A stretch of DNA of 29,148 nt, taken from Candidatus Methylomirabilota bacterium (lineage in GTDB: Bacteria > Methylomirabilota > Methylomirabilia > Rokubacteriales > CSP1-6). The stretch covers positions 1 through 29,148 of the forward strand of contig JBKPAK010000348.1 of assembly GCA_046726415.1 (NCBI GenBank), in the 5' to 3' direction. The notes beneath the pieces were generated by a model, which was not told the DNA's origin, made no database searches, and saw only the letters and a list, made by a program, of their open reading frames with translations. Positions 18,393 to 28,332 of the stretch are shown one piece after another (within the stretch, counting starts at the first letter, position 1; every line of letters starts with the position of its first letter). Both the position numbers and the translations under genes were made by a program.

Positions 18393-19265
18393 TCACTTTA
18401 TTATCCCGGCCTTGCCGAACAGCCCGAGGGGACGGAAGACGAGGACGAGGATCATCACGGCGAACGCGAAGATGTTGCCGGCGGTGCCGGTCAGGTACGC
18501 GACGCCGAACGCGTTGAGCATGCCGACCAGGATTCCCGCCACCACCACGCCGAGGAGGCTTCCCAGTCCCCCGAGGATGACGACCACGAACAGGATCATG
18601 AGGAGATCGAAGGCCATCGTCGGGTAGACGGAGAGGATGGGGCCGGCGAGGACCCCCGCCACCCCCGCCACCCCGGTGCCCAGCGCGAAGACCAGCGAGT
18701 TGAGGCGGGGGGCGTTCGTGCCCATGGCCTGCGAGATCTCGCTGTCGAGCGCGATCGACTGAACCAGAGTGCCGAGCGTTGTCTGGTTGAAGACCAGCAC
18801 GAGAAGCCCCATGAACGCCGCGGTGAACGCCATGACAAACAGCCAGTATGTGGGATAGACGAGCGGGCCGAGGTGGATGGCGCCCGCGAGGGCGGGCGGG
18901 ACATCCGAGAGCCGGGGCACGGGGCCCCAGATGAGCTTGGTCGCCTCCACCGCGATGATGGCGACGCCGAGGGTGACCACCAGCACCTGGATCCCGTGCC
19001 GCTTCCATCTCACGAGGGGCCGGATGCCGGCCAGCTCGAGGCCGAGTCCGAGGAGGGCGGTGACCACGAACACCACGAGGAGCGTCGGCACGAAGCCGAG
19101 CCGCGGATACAGATCGATGGCGAGATAGGCGCCCAGCATGTAGAAGACCCCGTGGGCCACGTTGACGATGCCCTGGAGCCCGAAGACGATCGTGAGGCCG
19201 GAGGCGAGGAGGATGTAGATCGCTCCGATCGTGAGGCCGTTGAGCATCTGGAGGAGAATGTTCAC
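18393..19265 (-). CDS. livH: Branched-chain amino acid-type ABC permease (LivH-like)
   Basis: GTG start overlaps the livF stop (GTGA). Motifs LNGLTIGAIYILLASGLTIVFG..IVNVAHG and VVILGGLGS. Confidence 0.88.
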   Translation of the reverse strand: MNILLQMLNGLTIGAIYILLASGLTIVFGLQGIVNVAHGVFYMLGAYLAIDLYPRLGFVPTLLVVFVVTALLGLGLELAGIRPLVRWKRHGIQVLVVTLGVAIIAVEATKLIWGPVPRLSDVPPALAGAIHLGPLVYPTYWLFVMAFTAAFMGLLVLVFNQTTLGTLVQSIALDSEISQAMGTNAPRLNSLVFALGTGVAGVAGVLAGPILSVYPTMAFDLLMILFVVVILGGLGSLLGVVVAGILVGMLNAFGVAYLTGTAGNIFAFAVMILVLVFRPLGLFGKAGIIK

Positions 19266-19999
19266 GCCCTGACCCCCACGTGCCGCTGGAGCAGCTCGAC
19301 GTCGCGCTCGAGGTCCGCGCTCGAGCCCGAGAGGCTGATGCGCCCCTTCTCGATCACGTACGCGCGGTCGGCGATGGCGAAGGCGTGGTGCACGTTCTGC
19401 TCCACGAGGAGGATGGTGACGCCCTCGCTCTTGAGCCGCTGGAGCGCCTCCACGATGGCGGTGACGACGGTGGGCGCCAGTCCCTCGGTCGGCTCGTCGA
19501 GCAACAGGAACTCGTCGCCGCCGATCAGGGCGCGCGCGATGGCGAGCATCTGCTGCTCGCCGCCCGAGAGGCTGCCCGCCGCCTGGTGGCGGCGCGGGGC
19601 GAGGGCCGGGAACAGCTCGAAGGTGCGCCCGAGCTGCGCGCTCCACTGCCGGGGGTCCGCGTGCTTGTTCACGAAGGGGATGCGGAGGTTCTGGAGCACG
19701 GTCAGGGGCGCGAAGAGCTGCCGGCCCTCCGGAGCGTAGCCGATCCCGCGCCGGGCGATCTCGAAGGGGCGAAGCTGCGTGATGTCCTCGCCCTTGAAGA
19801 CGATGCGGCCGCTGCGCGCGGGGTTGAGGCCCATGACCGCGAGCAGCGTGGTGGTCTTGCCCATCCCGTTCCGCCCCAGCAGGGCCACCGCCTCCCGGCG
19901 CCCCACCTCGAACGAGAGGTCCCAGAGCACGGTCGTGTCACCGTAATCGCACCTGACGTGCTCGAGCCTCAGCATCGGGGGTACGTCGGGAGGCGCCAT
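19262..19999 (-). CDS. livF: ABC ATP-binding protein (LivF-like)
   Basis: Walker A GRNGMGKTT, signature LSGGEQQM, LLLDEPTEGL and LLVEQN. Confidence 0.92.
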   Translation of the reverse strand: MAPPDVPPMLRLEHVRCDYGDTTVLWDLSFEVGRREAVALLGRNGMGKTTTLLAVMGLNPARSGRIVFKGEDITQLRPFEIARRGIGYAPEGRQLFAPLTVLQNLRIPFVNKHADPRQWSAQLGRTFELFPALAPRRHQAAGSLSGGEQQMLAIARALIGGDEFLLLDEPTEGLAPTVVTAIVEALQRLKSEGVTILLVEQNVHHAFAIADRAYVIEKGRISLSGSSADLERDVELLQRHVGVRA

Positions 20000-20748
20000 C
20001 AGCGACGGGCTGCGCCGAGATAGACCGCCTGCACCTCGGGGTTCGCTCGGATCTCGTCCGGCGGCCCCTCGGCCAGGAGCTTCCCGCGGTGGAGGACCGA
20101 GATCCGATCCGAGATCGCCATCACCACGCTCATGTCGTGCTCCACGATGACGAGCGTCACGGCAGGCGCGAGGCTGCGCAGGAGCAGGGCCGTCTGCTTG
20201 GTCTCCTCCGGCGACATGCCGGCGGTCGGCTCGTCGAGGAGCAGGAGCTCAGGCTCGGCGGCAAGGGCCATGGCGATCTCGAGTAGGCGGCGGTCGCCGT
20301 GGGCGAGTGTCCCCGCGGACTGGCCGGCGCGGTCGGCGAGGTGCACCTGGTCGAGCACCGCGTCGACCCGGTCGTTTACCTGGCCCGCGCTGACGCGGGC
20401 GCGCGCGAAGGGCGAGCCGGAGCTCCGCCGCCGCCCCCAGACCATGAGCGCCACGTTGTCGCGGGCGGGCAACTTCGGGAACACCTGCGAGATCTGGAAG
20501 GAGCGGACGATGCCGAGGCGGAAGATCGCCGGCGGCGCGAGCCCGGCGATGTCGCACCCCTTGAACACGATCGTGCCGGCCGTCGGTCCCAGCGCCCCGG
20601 TGATCAGATTGAAGAGCGTGGTCTTGCCGGCCCCGTTCGGGCCGATGATCGATCGAACCTCACCCTGGTGGATGTCGAGGCTCACCCCGTCCACCGCGGC
20701 CAGGCCGCCGAAGCGCCGGGTCAGATCCCGCGTCTGGAGGATCGTCAT
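19999..20748 (-). CDS. livG: ABC ATP-binding protein (LivG-like)
   Basis: FGGLAAV, GPNGAGKTT, LLLDEPTAGM, VEHDM and V..VYLG. Confidence 0.92.
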   Translation of the reverse strand: MTILQTRDLTRRFGGLAAVDGVSLDIHQGEVRSIIGPNGAGKTTLFNLITGALGPTAGTIVFKGCDIAGLAPPAIFRLGIVRSFQISQVFPKLPARDNVALMVWGRRRSSGSPFARARVSAGQVNDRVDAVLDQVHLADRAGQSAGTLAHGDRRLLEIAMALAAEPELLLLDEPTAGMSPEETKQTALLLRSLAPAVTLVIVEHDMSVVMAISDRISVLHRGKLLAEGPPDEIRANPEVQAVYLGAARR

Positions 20749-20787
20749 TCGGGGCCGTGTCCGCGGCGACGCCCCCCGGCCGCGCGG

Positions 20788-22047
20788 CTAGGACTTCATG
20801 GCCGGCTCGCAGCCGGTCCTGCCGCAGGGCACCAGGAGGGCATTCGAGTTCGGCACTTCCTCGACGTACGCGGGGTAATAGCCATACTTGTCATTCTTCT
20901 TGCCCTCCACCACGAAGACCGGTCCGGTCACGTGGTGGTCGCACTCGCGCACCCGGAGCTCGCCGAGCAGGGAGTCCTTGAACACCAGCCCTTCGAGCCC
21001 TTTCACGATGGCCTCGGGCTTGGCGTGGCCCGCCCGCTGGATCGCCAGCGCGAACATCTCCACGCCGTTGGCCCCGCGCGCCGCGGCCGGGTCCGGCCAG
21101 CTGCCGTGCTTCGCCTTGACGGCCTCGGCGAACTTGGCCTGCCGGGGCACCCGGGGGTTCTCGTACACGAACGACTCGCCCGCCGTCATCCCCACCACGG
21201 CATCGCCGGCCGCGTTGGCGTCCACCTGCGACCAGAAGTTGTGGTGGATGTGCGTCTTGACGCCCATCTGCTGGATCTGCTTCAGCACGCGGGCATAGCC
21301 GGCTCCGAAGATCACGATCCCGATGACGTCGGGCCGGGCCGCCATCGCCTTCGTGATGTAGGGCGCGTAGTTCGTCGTCCCGAACGGCGAATACTCCTCG
21401 CCCAGGACCTCGAGCGGCGAGCCGAGCTTGATGGCGTCCTTCGTAAGCTGCACGGTCAGGCGGCCCCAGCTGTAGTCATCGGCCAGGAAGAACCAGCGTG
21501 GACCGGATTTCTTGGCCGCGTAGAGGCTCGGCATGACGAGCTGGCGCGAGTTGCCGAGCACCTGGAACGTGTACTTGCCGCAGGCCGGCGGTTCCGAGAT
21601 GGCGGGGTTCCCGGAGCCGCAGTTGAGGAACGGCACCCGGGCGTCCTTGTTGATGTACTCCTGAACGGCCAGCGAAATCGCCGAGAAGATGATGCCCGTG
21701 AGGCAATCGACCTTGTCGCGTTCGACCAGCTTCTTGGCCTTGGCCAGCCCGGTCGCGACCTTGCTCTCGGTGTCCTCCAAGAGGAGCTTGATCGGGCGGC
21801 CGTCGATCCCCGGCCCCTTGCCGAGGATCCCGCCGGTCCGGTTGATCTCCTCGACCGCGAACTGGATGCCCAGGGCTTGCTGGCTGCCGATGGTGGAGGC
21901 GGGGCCAGACAGCTCGCACAGGGCGCCCAGCCGGATCTCCTCCGCCGCGAGAGCGGGCTTCCAGAGGGGAGTGACGCCCAGCGCCGCAGCGCCGGCGGCG
22001 CGCAGCAACTGCCGTCGCGACAGCCTGAAGGATTCCGTAGTGCTCAT
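20788..22047 (-). CDS. Tat-exported ABC substrate-binding protein (LivK / Peripla_BP_6 type)
   Basis: Tat signal MSTTESFRLSRRQLLRAAGAAALG, then FAVEEINRTGG..GRPIKLLLEDTE and DDYSWG. Confidence 0.9.
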   Translation of the reverse strand: MSTTESFRLSRRQLLRAAGAAALGVTPLWKPALAAEEIRLGALCELSGPASTIGSQQALGIQFAVEEINRTGGILGKGPGIDGRPIKLLLEDTESKVATGLAKAKKLVERDKVDCLTGIIFSAISLAVQEYINKDARVPFLNCGSGNPAISEPPACGKYTFQVLGNSRQLVMPSLYAAKKSGPRWFFLADDYSWGRLTVQLTKDAIKLGSPLEVLGEEYSPFGTTNYAPYITKAMAARPDVIGIVIFGAGYARVLKQIQQMGVKTHIHHNFWSQVDANAAGDAVVGMTAGESFVYENPRVPRQAKFAEAVKAKHGSWPDPAAARGANGVEMFALAIQRAGHAKPEAIVKGLEGLVFKDSLLGELRVRECDHHVTGPVFVVEGKKNDKYGYYPAYVEEVPNSNALLVPCGRTGCEPAMKS

Positions 22048-22280
22048 CGCGTTCCTCCGACAGCTGACGGTCCGGTGGCGGTCTTTCGGTCCGACTCTAG
22101 CACAAGCCCGGAGGGCGACCGGCGTCCGGCACGCTCGGCGCGAGCATGGCCCGCCATGACCGGCGCCCTCGCCAGCGGCTCTTGAGTGACAGCCTCGGTG
22201 ACAGACGCCCGCCCTGCCGGGATGTGCTTGCTCTGTTCGTGCGGGTCGTCTTCGGCTGGCTTCAGCGCCGGGCCGCCGGC
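22044..22280 (-). pseudogene. Possible degraded C-terminus of a GntR/FCD regulator
   Basis: DPHEQSKHIPAGRASVTEAVTQEPLARA resembles the FCD tail EH..I..AI.AGD...AE..MREHL. Its stop overlaps the SBP start (ATGA). Confidence 0.35.
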
Positions 22281-22377
22281 CACGGAGTGGCCAATGGTGG
22301 CGAACCCGATGACTGACCCCCGGAGCATGGTCGCGGCGAGGACTCTCGCGCGTCACGCATGTCGTTCGTGAGTCGAG

Positions 22378-23661
22378 TGTCCCGGTGAAAAAGGTAATAC
22401 GAGCCGGCAAAGCGTTCGTGTCGGCCCCGAGAACGTCCGCGCCGGAACCTACACGGATGCCGACACCAGGGGCAGCGCCGGATGACAGCATCGACGCATG
22501 ACAGAACTGTTGGGGCAGATGATCGCGGTGGGGCGGGCAGACGGAGATCGCAGGCGGTCAGGCCGCGCGCTGGTAGCGGTGATGAAGCCCGCCGACCTCG
22601 GGGATGGTGACGATAGGCCCGGACGGGACCGACTGTACCTCGCGCCGGCGCGGACTGTCGTTACCGAGACTCTGGTGAGGCCTCGTGAGGTTGTAGTACG
22701 CGAGGTACGTGCGAAGCACGCGACGCAGGTGACGTTCGCTGACGACGATGACGAGATCGAGGCATTCGCGGCGAATCGAACCGATGACGCGCTCGGCGAA
22801 GGGATTCTGCCAGGGAGCGCGAGGTGCGATGACGACCTGGCGAATGCCCAGGCGCTCGACCCGGCGCTGGAAATCAGCGCAGTAGATGGCATCGCGATCG
22901 CGGAGCAGGTAGGCGGGGCCGGTCTCGTCCGGGAACGCGGGGACGAGCTGTTGAGCCGCCCAGGCGGCGGTGGGCTGGTCGGTGACGCCGATGTGAAGGA
23001 GATCGCGGCGGTCGTGGCGGAGTACCACGAAGCCGAAGAGCAGGCGAAAGGTCAGGGTAGGTACGACGAAGAAGTCGATGGCCGCGATGTCGTGACGGTG
23101 AGCAGCCAGGAAGGCCCGCCAGGTAGGCGACGGGTGACGGGAGGTGCGGCGCATATACTTGGCGACGGTGAGGGCGGCGACATCATAGCCGAGGAAGCGG
23201 AGTTCGGCCTGAATCCGGCGCCGGTCCCAGGTGGGGTTGTCTCGGGCCATGCGTCGAATCAAGGTGCGGATCGCGAGGTCGATCAGCGGACGACCCGGTG
23301 AGCGGAGTCGGGACTTCCAGCGCCAGTAGAGTCGAAAGCCTTGGCGGTGCCAAGCGACGACCGTGGCGGGCTGGACAATGACGAGGCTGGACCGCCAGTT
23401 CGCCCAGAGCCGGGAGAGGCACACCCAGAGGATGCGGTCCTGGCGGCGGAGCCGAGGGCGCGGGCTCGACCGCTGCAGGACCATCAGTTGATGGCGCAGG
23501 GCGATATTCTCAAGCGTAACGGTGGTGGAGCGGCCGAGAAGGGCGCGGAGGAAGGCCCAGACGCCCAGGACGAGGATCATTGCAGCTCCCAACGATGAGG
23601 GATGAAGGACTGGCCGAAATTCTACATCAGGCTTTCGAACGTCGAGTTTTTGACCGGGACA
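22378..23661 (-). mobile_element. IS with TGT...ACA ends (IS481/IS3-like, rve integrase), no TSD
   Basis: TGTCCCGGTGAAAAA (22378-22392) and the reverse complement of 23647-23661 (TGTCCCGGTCAAAAA) match at 14 of 15 positions. Confidence 0.85.
22558..23580 (-). CDS. DDE transposase (integrase core domain)
   Basis: LENIALRHQL, MARDNPTW, AAIDFF (D), LLRDRD (D), PWQNPFAERVIGSIRRECLD (E), YYN..RPHQSL and GGLHHRY. Confidence 0.92.
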   Translation of the reverse strand: MILVLGVWAFLRALLGRSTTVTLENIALRHQLMVLQRSSPRPRLRRQDRILWVCLSRLWANWRSSLVIVQPATVVAWHRQGFRLYWRWKSRLRSPGRPLIDLAIRTLIRRMARDNPTWDRRRIQAELRFLGYDVAALTVAKYMRRTSRHPSPTWRAFLAAHRHDIAAIDFFVVPTLTFRLLFGFVVLRHDRRDLLHIGVTDQPTAAWAAQQLVPAFPDETGPAYLLRDRDAIYCADFQRRVERLGIRQVVIAPRAPWQNPFAERVIGSIRRECLDLVIVVSERHLRRVLRTYLAYYNLTRPHQSLGNDSPRRREVQSVPSGPIVTIPEVGGLHHRYQRAA

Positions 23662-23664
23662 GGT

Positions 23665-24330
23665 CTACTCGATCCGAACGTGAAGACGCAGATAGAGGTT
23701 ATGGATGCCGAGCCGGTGGAGTGGCACCTCGATGATCGAACGGGGATGCACCCATGGTGGAATCCGGATGCGGACGACCTCCTCGCTTTCGATCAGGCCC
23801 TGCTCGCCGCATGACAGGCAGGGGAAGAGCCAGATCCGACCCGTGCCGTCGCAATCGGGGCACCGATGAACTCGGGGCAAGCCGACCGGCACCTCGACCC
23901 CGCGCGCTGCCTCGTCCGGCGTCAGGATGACCTCGAAGTTCAGTCCTTCGAGCCGCTCCGACTTCGGAATCCCGCTCCCCGTGAAGTTCCGGAACACGCG
24001 CTCGATCACCGCCTCGAAGGACGGCCGAATAGTCTGAGGGTCCGCAAACAGCGAAATCGGTTCCCAGCGCCGTGGCGTGAAAGGCTCGGCACCCGGCTCG
24101 ACGGGAGGACGTCCCTCGACCTCAGCCAGTTCGTGGTTGTAGCGCCGGCGCGCGACGGGGTCGCCGAGGACCTTGTATGCCTCGGTGATCTCCTGGAAGG
24201 CGCCGGCGCTCTGCGCACCCGCCACGTCCGGGTGAAACGTCCGCGCCAGGTCGCGATACCGCGCGCGAATCCCCGCCGAGCTCTCCGACCGGGAGACGCC
24301 CAAGATCACGTAATAATTCTTCACCGCCAT
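23665..24330 (-). CDS. Short DnaJ-domain protein with a partial zinc finger
   Basis: KNYYVILGVS..FHPD..FQEITEAYKVL J-domain, followed by CPDCDGTG and CLSCGEQG. Confidence 0.9.
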   Translation of the reverse strand: MAVKNYYVILGVSRSESSAGIRARYRDLARTFHPDVAGAQSAGAFQEITEAYKVLGDPVARRRYNHELAEVEGRPPVEPGAEPFTPRRWEPISLFADPQTIRPSFEAVIERVFRNFTGSGIPKSERLEGLNFEVILTPDEAARGVEVPVGLPRVHRCPDCDGTGRIWLFPCLSCGEQGLIESEEVVRIRIPPWVHPRSIIEVPLHRLGIHNLYLRLHVRIE

Positions 24331-24365
24331 CGTCCGCCCTGGTCGGCTCGTGCCCGGCCTCGTGG

Positions 24366-24782
24366 TCAGTCGGTCTTGATCGTGATCTGTCTTGGCTTGG
24401 CCCGCTCGACCCTCGGCAGTCGCAGGCGGAGAACGCCGTTCCTGAGGGCCGCTTCGATCTTGTCCTGATCGATGGCCTCGGACAGGGTGAAGCTGCGCTG
24501 AAATGTCCCCACCGGGTATTCGCGGAGGATCATGGTCTCGTTCGGTCCCTCGGCAGCATCACCGTGCCCGGTGATGGTCAGAACCCCTTCATGGAGGTCG
24601 ATCGTCAAGCGGTCGGACTTCACGCCCGGCATATCGGCCAACAGCGTGATGGCATGGGCGTCCTCGAAGATATCGACGAGAGGGGTGAGCAACGCACCCG
24701 GTCGGGTGGCCTCCGCGGTGCTCGCCAGTTCGCGAGCCTCCCGCGTCTGCAGTCCCTTGCTCTGCTCGGTCGCCATGGGCAT
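24366..24782 (-). CDS. Hsp20 / alpha-crystallin small heat-shock protein
   Basis: PLVDIFED..LLADMPGV, FQRSFTL, LRNGVLRLRLP and C-terminal ITI. Confidence 0.93.
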   Translation of the reverse strand: MPMATEQSKGLQTREARELASTAEATRPGALLTPLVDIFEDAHAITLLADMPGVKSDRLTIDLHEGVLTITGHGDAAEGPNETMILREYPVGTFQRSFTLSEAIDQDKIEAALRNGVLRLRLPRVERAKPRQITIKTD

Positions 24783-24809
24783 GTCTCCCTTCGCCAGTGG
24801 GGTCGTTCG

Positions 24810-25268
24810 CTACGCCGTCCGCACGGCAATGCGCCTCGCCTTGACGGCCTCGGGTTTGGGAAGGATCAAGGTCAGAAGCCCGTCGGCGTATCGCGCCTCA
24901 ACGCGGGTCCCATCGAACTCCGCCGGAAGTGTCACGCTGCGGCTGAAAGCCCCCTCGGGACGCTCTTTCCGGTGATAACTCACCCCTTCCTCTTCGGCGG
25001 GCTGCCGTGTGCCCGCCACGGTCACCGTTCGATTGACCGCCGAGACTTCGAGCCGGTTGGCATCCACCCCCGGGATCAGCGCGCGCACATAGTAATGATC
25101 TCCGTCCTGGGACACGTTCATCGGGGGGAACACCCCTGCCGTCGACACATCCGCCGTGGTGCCGACGAGCCGCTCCATCAGGCTCTCCATGTCGCGGCGC
25201 ATTTGCGAGAGGTCGGCTGAGGGAGCGCTCCAGAACGGACCCCACGGACCCACTCGTCGCACGATCAT
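24810..25268 (-). CDS. Hsp20 / alpha-crystallin small heat-shock protein
   Basis: RBS AAGGGG then ATG at 25268. Motifs FPPMNV, IPGV, ERPEGAFSRSVTLP and ADGLLTLILPK..RRIAV. Confidence 0.93.
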   Translation of the reverse strand: MIVRRVGPWGPFWSAPSADLSQMRRDMESLMERLVGTTADVSTAGVFPPMNVSQDGDHYYVRALIPGVDANRLEVSAVNRTVTVAGTRQPAEEEGVSYHRKERPEGAFSRSVTLPAEFDGTRVEARYADGLLTLILPKPEAVKARRIAVRTA

Positions 25269-25531
25269 GTCATCCCCCTTTCTTCGCCTCGTCACGTGTC
25301 GGAGACTGGCCGTTCTCGCATCAAGCCCGCCGGCGCGCGGCGGCATAGCCCTCTTCTTCCCTTCGGACCCTGCTATAGCGGGTTCGGGAGCACCTGCCAA
25401 TCGGGCCGATCCCTGAACACCCGTCGGGTAGGTCCCGAACCGAGGCCCGACCGAACCCCTGACGCGCCTCTCCGGCCCGCGCGCGGACACGGTGATGGCC
25501 CGCCCGGGTCCTGAGCGGCCGCCCCGCGCCG

Positions 25532-25882
25532 CTAGAGGGGCGAGCGCTGGCCAAAGCGCCGTCCCCGCGGTCTTCTCAGGAGATATCCGTCGGCGCCCGC
25601 CGCCATGGCGATCCGCTCGTAGACGGGATCGTGGTGCACCGTCGGGATGATCACGGGCAGGTCGGGACACCAGGTCTTCAGCCGCCGGGTCGCCTCCACG
25701 CCGTTCATCCGGGGCATCGTCAGATCCATGAGCACGACGTCGGGTGGGCTGACCGCGACCATCCTCAAGGCTTCCTCGCCGTCGGCCGCCTCCTCGACCC
25801 GGACCGCGTGGTCACGCCGGGTGAGAAGATGCCGAAGCGTCGCGCGGAATGCCTCATCGTCGTCGACCAGCAGGACATGCAT
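25532..25882 (-). pseudogene. Response-regulator receiver domain with a frameshift at the conserved Lys
   Basis: MHVLLVDDD, PDVVLMDLTMPRMNGVEA and AGADGYLL; the expected K-KTAGTALWPAL continues in another frame. Confidence 0.8.
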
Positions 25883-25967
25883 CGCCGCGTCCTCCATGCC
25901 CAAGCCTGATGATCTGAGCCCAATGTACGCTGAGGGATCGCTGGGGACAATCGGGCAACTCCCCGAG

Positions 25968-26410
25968 GGGCCCGGCACTCCCGCACGAGATCGGGGACCG
26001 CGCGGCTCTGGTCCTTATGCGCGATGGCCAAGGTCATCGAGTTCTGGGAGCCTCCGCTGGAATCGACGAAGGCGACGTAGCGCCGGCCGGGCACCGGGCG
26101 AAGCACCCGGCGCCCCGCCACGACGACCGCCTCCCGGGTCACGAAGACCTCGACGTCGCGCCGAAACTCGGCCCCGAACTCGGCCGCCGCCGCCACGGGA
26201 TCGTCCTCGTAGGCTTTGCGCACAAAGGCTTCGGGCACGGCCGGATTCATGGCGAGCGGGGGCGCTTGCCAGACCATGACGGGATCGCCTTCTTGTCCGA
26301 AGTGGCGCCGGTAGCTGTCCCAAAGCTTGCCACTTTGGGCGTAGGGGCTGCTGATGCCCAGGAGGAGCGGGTCCGGCACCGTGGCCAGCGAGGGGACGAG
26401 GGCGTTGATT
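25968..26410 (-). pseudogene. Internal fragment of a phage terminase large subunit-like gene
   Basis: LATVPDPLLLGISSPYAQSGKLWDSY, WQAP..MNP, AAAEFGAEF and YVAFVDSSGGSQNSMTLAIAH (ATPase coupling motif through the first nuclease Asp). No start or end. Confidence 0.7.
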
Positions 26411-26446
26411 GCAAGCGGAGAATGGGGCCGGCCCGGATCCGGGCCA

Positions 26447-27821
26447 TCTGGTGGAACCGATGCTGGCCGGGATGACGACGACGCGCCAGCACCTGCTGGC
26501 TTTGGGTCCATGCGCACGGGCTGGCCGCGCTGGACGCGATGTTCGGCGTGGAGGCCGCGGCCCGCGCGGGGCCCAAGGGCCGGCATCAAGCGCACCGGAC
26601 CCACCATCACTGGGGCACGACGGCGACGGAACTCACCTTCGGCGGCCGGCGCCTGCAGGTGCAGCGTCCGCGGGTGCGGAGCACGACCGGGGTCGAGGCG
26701 ATCTTGCCGTCGGTGGCGGCGTTTCGGGAGCGAGATCCGCTGACCGCGCGGATGATGCAGCAACTCCTGGTCGGAGTGTCCACGCGCCGCGACGAGGCCA
26801 GCTTGGAGGCGCAGCCGCGCGACCGGCGCACGCGCGGCAGCAGCAAGAGTGCCGTCAGTCGGGCGTTGGTGCGGCGGCCGCGCCAGCGGCTGCAGGAGCA
26901 CCTCACGCGCCGGCTGGAAGAGCTCGAGGTGGTGGCGCTGTTCGTCGATGGTGTCGTGGTGGCGCGGCAAACGGTGATCGTGGCCTTGGGCATCACGCGC
27001 GATGGCCGAAAGGAGCCGCTGGGGTTGAGTCTGGGCTCGACGGAGAATGCGGTGGTCTGCACCCAGTTGCTGCAGGAGCTGTTGGCGCGCGGGTTGCCGC
27101 TCGACGGGCGGGTGCTGTGCGTGATCGACGGCGGTAAGGGGCTGCGCAAGGCGCTCGGTGATGTGCTGGGCGACGCGGCCGTGATTCAACGCTGCCCGCT
27201 CCACAAGGCCCGCAATCTCGAAGCCCTCGTCCCTAAGACCCGCCAAGCGTATGTCCGGGCAGCCCTGCGCCGGGCGTATCGGGCGGGCAGTGCGGCGGCG
27301 GCGCGCCGCCAGTTGACGACCCTCGCGACATGGCTGGACACGAACGGCCATGCCGACGCAGCCGCCAGCGTGCGGGAGGGCTTGGAGGAAACCCTCACCG
27401 TGCTGAAGCTCAACCTGCCCCCACGCCTGCGGCGCTTCTTCGCGACGACGAACTGCATCGAGAACCTGATTGGGACGCTGCGCCACGTGGCCCGGAACGT
27501 CAAGCGCTGGCGCGACGGCGACATGCGGCGGCGGTGGCTCGGGCTGGGCCTGCTTCGGGCGGCCGAGCGCTTCCGGCGAATCAAGAACCACGGTGAACTG
27601 GCTGCGCTCACGACGGCTCTCCCCGCAGTCCTCGTTATGGAGCGCGTCGCGTGAGCCTTCCCGGCCAGAGCTTGGCGAACAGGCGAGGGTCGCAATGGGC
27701 TCAGGATCGATCTTCTCAAGAGGCATTGCTCTGTCGATACCCCCCGCAATGCCGTCACTGAAAGGGTATGATGGCCTGCCGCCGCTACTCAGCCAAGTTC
27801 AACAGAGAGTGGGACATCTCC
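26447..27821 (+). mobile_element. IS256-family element, copy 2, 5'-truncated; the transposase frame 26539-27654 is open
   Basis: Paralogue of 6224-7492 (LFVDG, VIDGGKGL, QRC.LHK, TTNCIE). Right IR TTCAACAGAGAGTGGGACATCTCC ends at 27821. The left IR is missing and there is a frameshift near 26500. Confidence 0.88.
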
Positions 27822-27867
27822 AGCCGGTGAGACCCTGAAGTTAGGAATCGCAACCAAGGAGGCCGCC

Positions 27868-28332
27868 ATGCCCCGCGAACACGACCAGATCGACACCCAG
27901 AAAGTCATCGGCAGTCTCAACACCGTCCTCGAGCTTGAGCTCGCGGGAGTGGTGCGCTACCTCCACTACTCGCTGATGGTCTTCGGCCACGCGCGCATTC
28001 CGATCATCGGCTGGATGCGTAACCAGGCCACGGAGGGAATGAATCACGCCGCGATGGCCGGCGAGCACGTAACCTCGCTCGGTGGCCATCCGTCGTTGAA
28101 AATCGGCAAGCTGGTCGAGTCTCACAAGCACGAGATCAGCCAGATTCTCCACGAAGCTCTGGAGCACGAACGCGCCACGCTGCAGGAATACTACAACCTG
28201 CTCGGGCTCGTCGCGGACAAGAGCGTGTGGCTGGAGGAGTACGCCCGCGAGCAGATCCAACTTGAGGAGCAGCACATCGCCGAGGTCGAGAAGATGATGC
28301 GCAAGCCCGGTGACCTGAACCGCGCCGGTTGA
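27868..28332 (+). CDS. bfr: Bacterioferritin / ferritin-like protein
   Basis: AAGGAGG RBS. Motifs LNTVLELELAGVVRYLHY, EGMNHA, LGGHPSL, LEHERATLQEY and EEQH. Confidence 0.8.
   Translation: MPREHDQIDTQKVIGSLNTVLELELAGVVRYLHYSLMVFGHARIPIIGWMRNQATEGMNHAAMAGEHVTSLGGHPSLKIGKLVESHKHEISQILHEALEHERATLQEYYNLLGLVADKSVWLEEYAREQIQLEEQHIAEVEKMMRKPGDLNRAG

Noticed and set aside
15236..22185. Long alternative ORFs (617, 767, 474 and 628 aa)
   Set aside because: They overlap well-supported operon genes and are shadow frames without recognisable motifs.
25270..25530. CIRCE or ROSE element upstream of Hsp20
   Set aside because: No TTAGCACTC-N9-GAGTGCTAA, and no convincing ROSE hairpin was seen.
25765..27726. 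653-aa minus-strand ORF as a single gene
   Set aside because: A chimera of IS256 antisense sequence, the terminase fragment and an off-frame tail.
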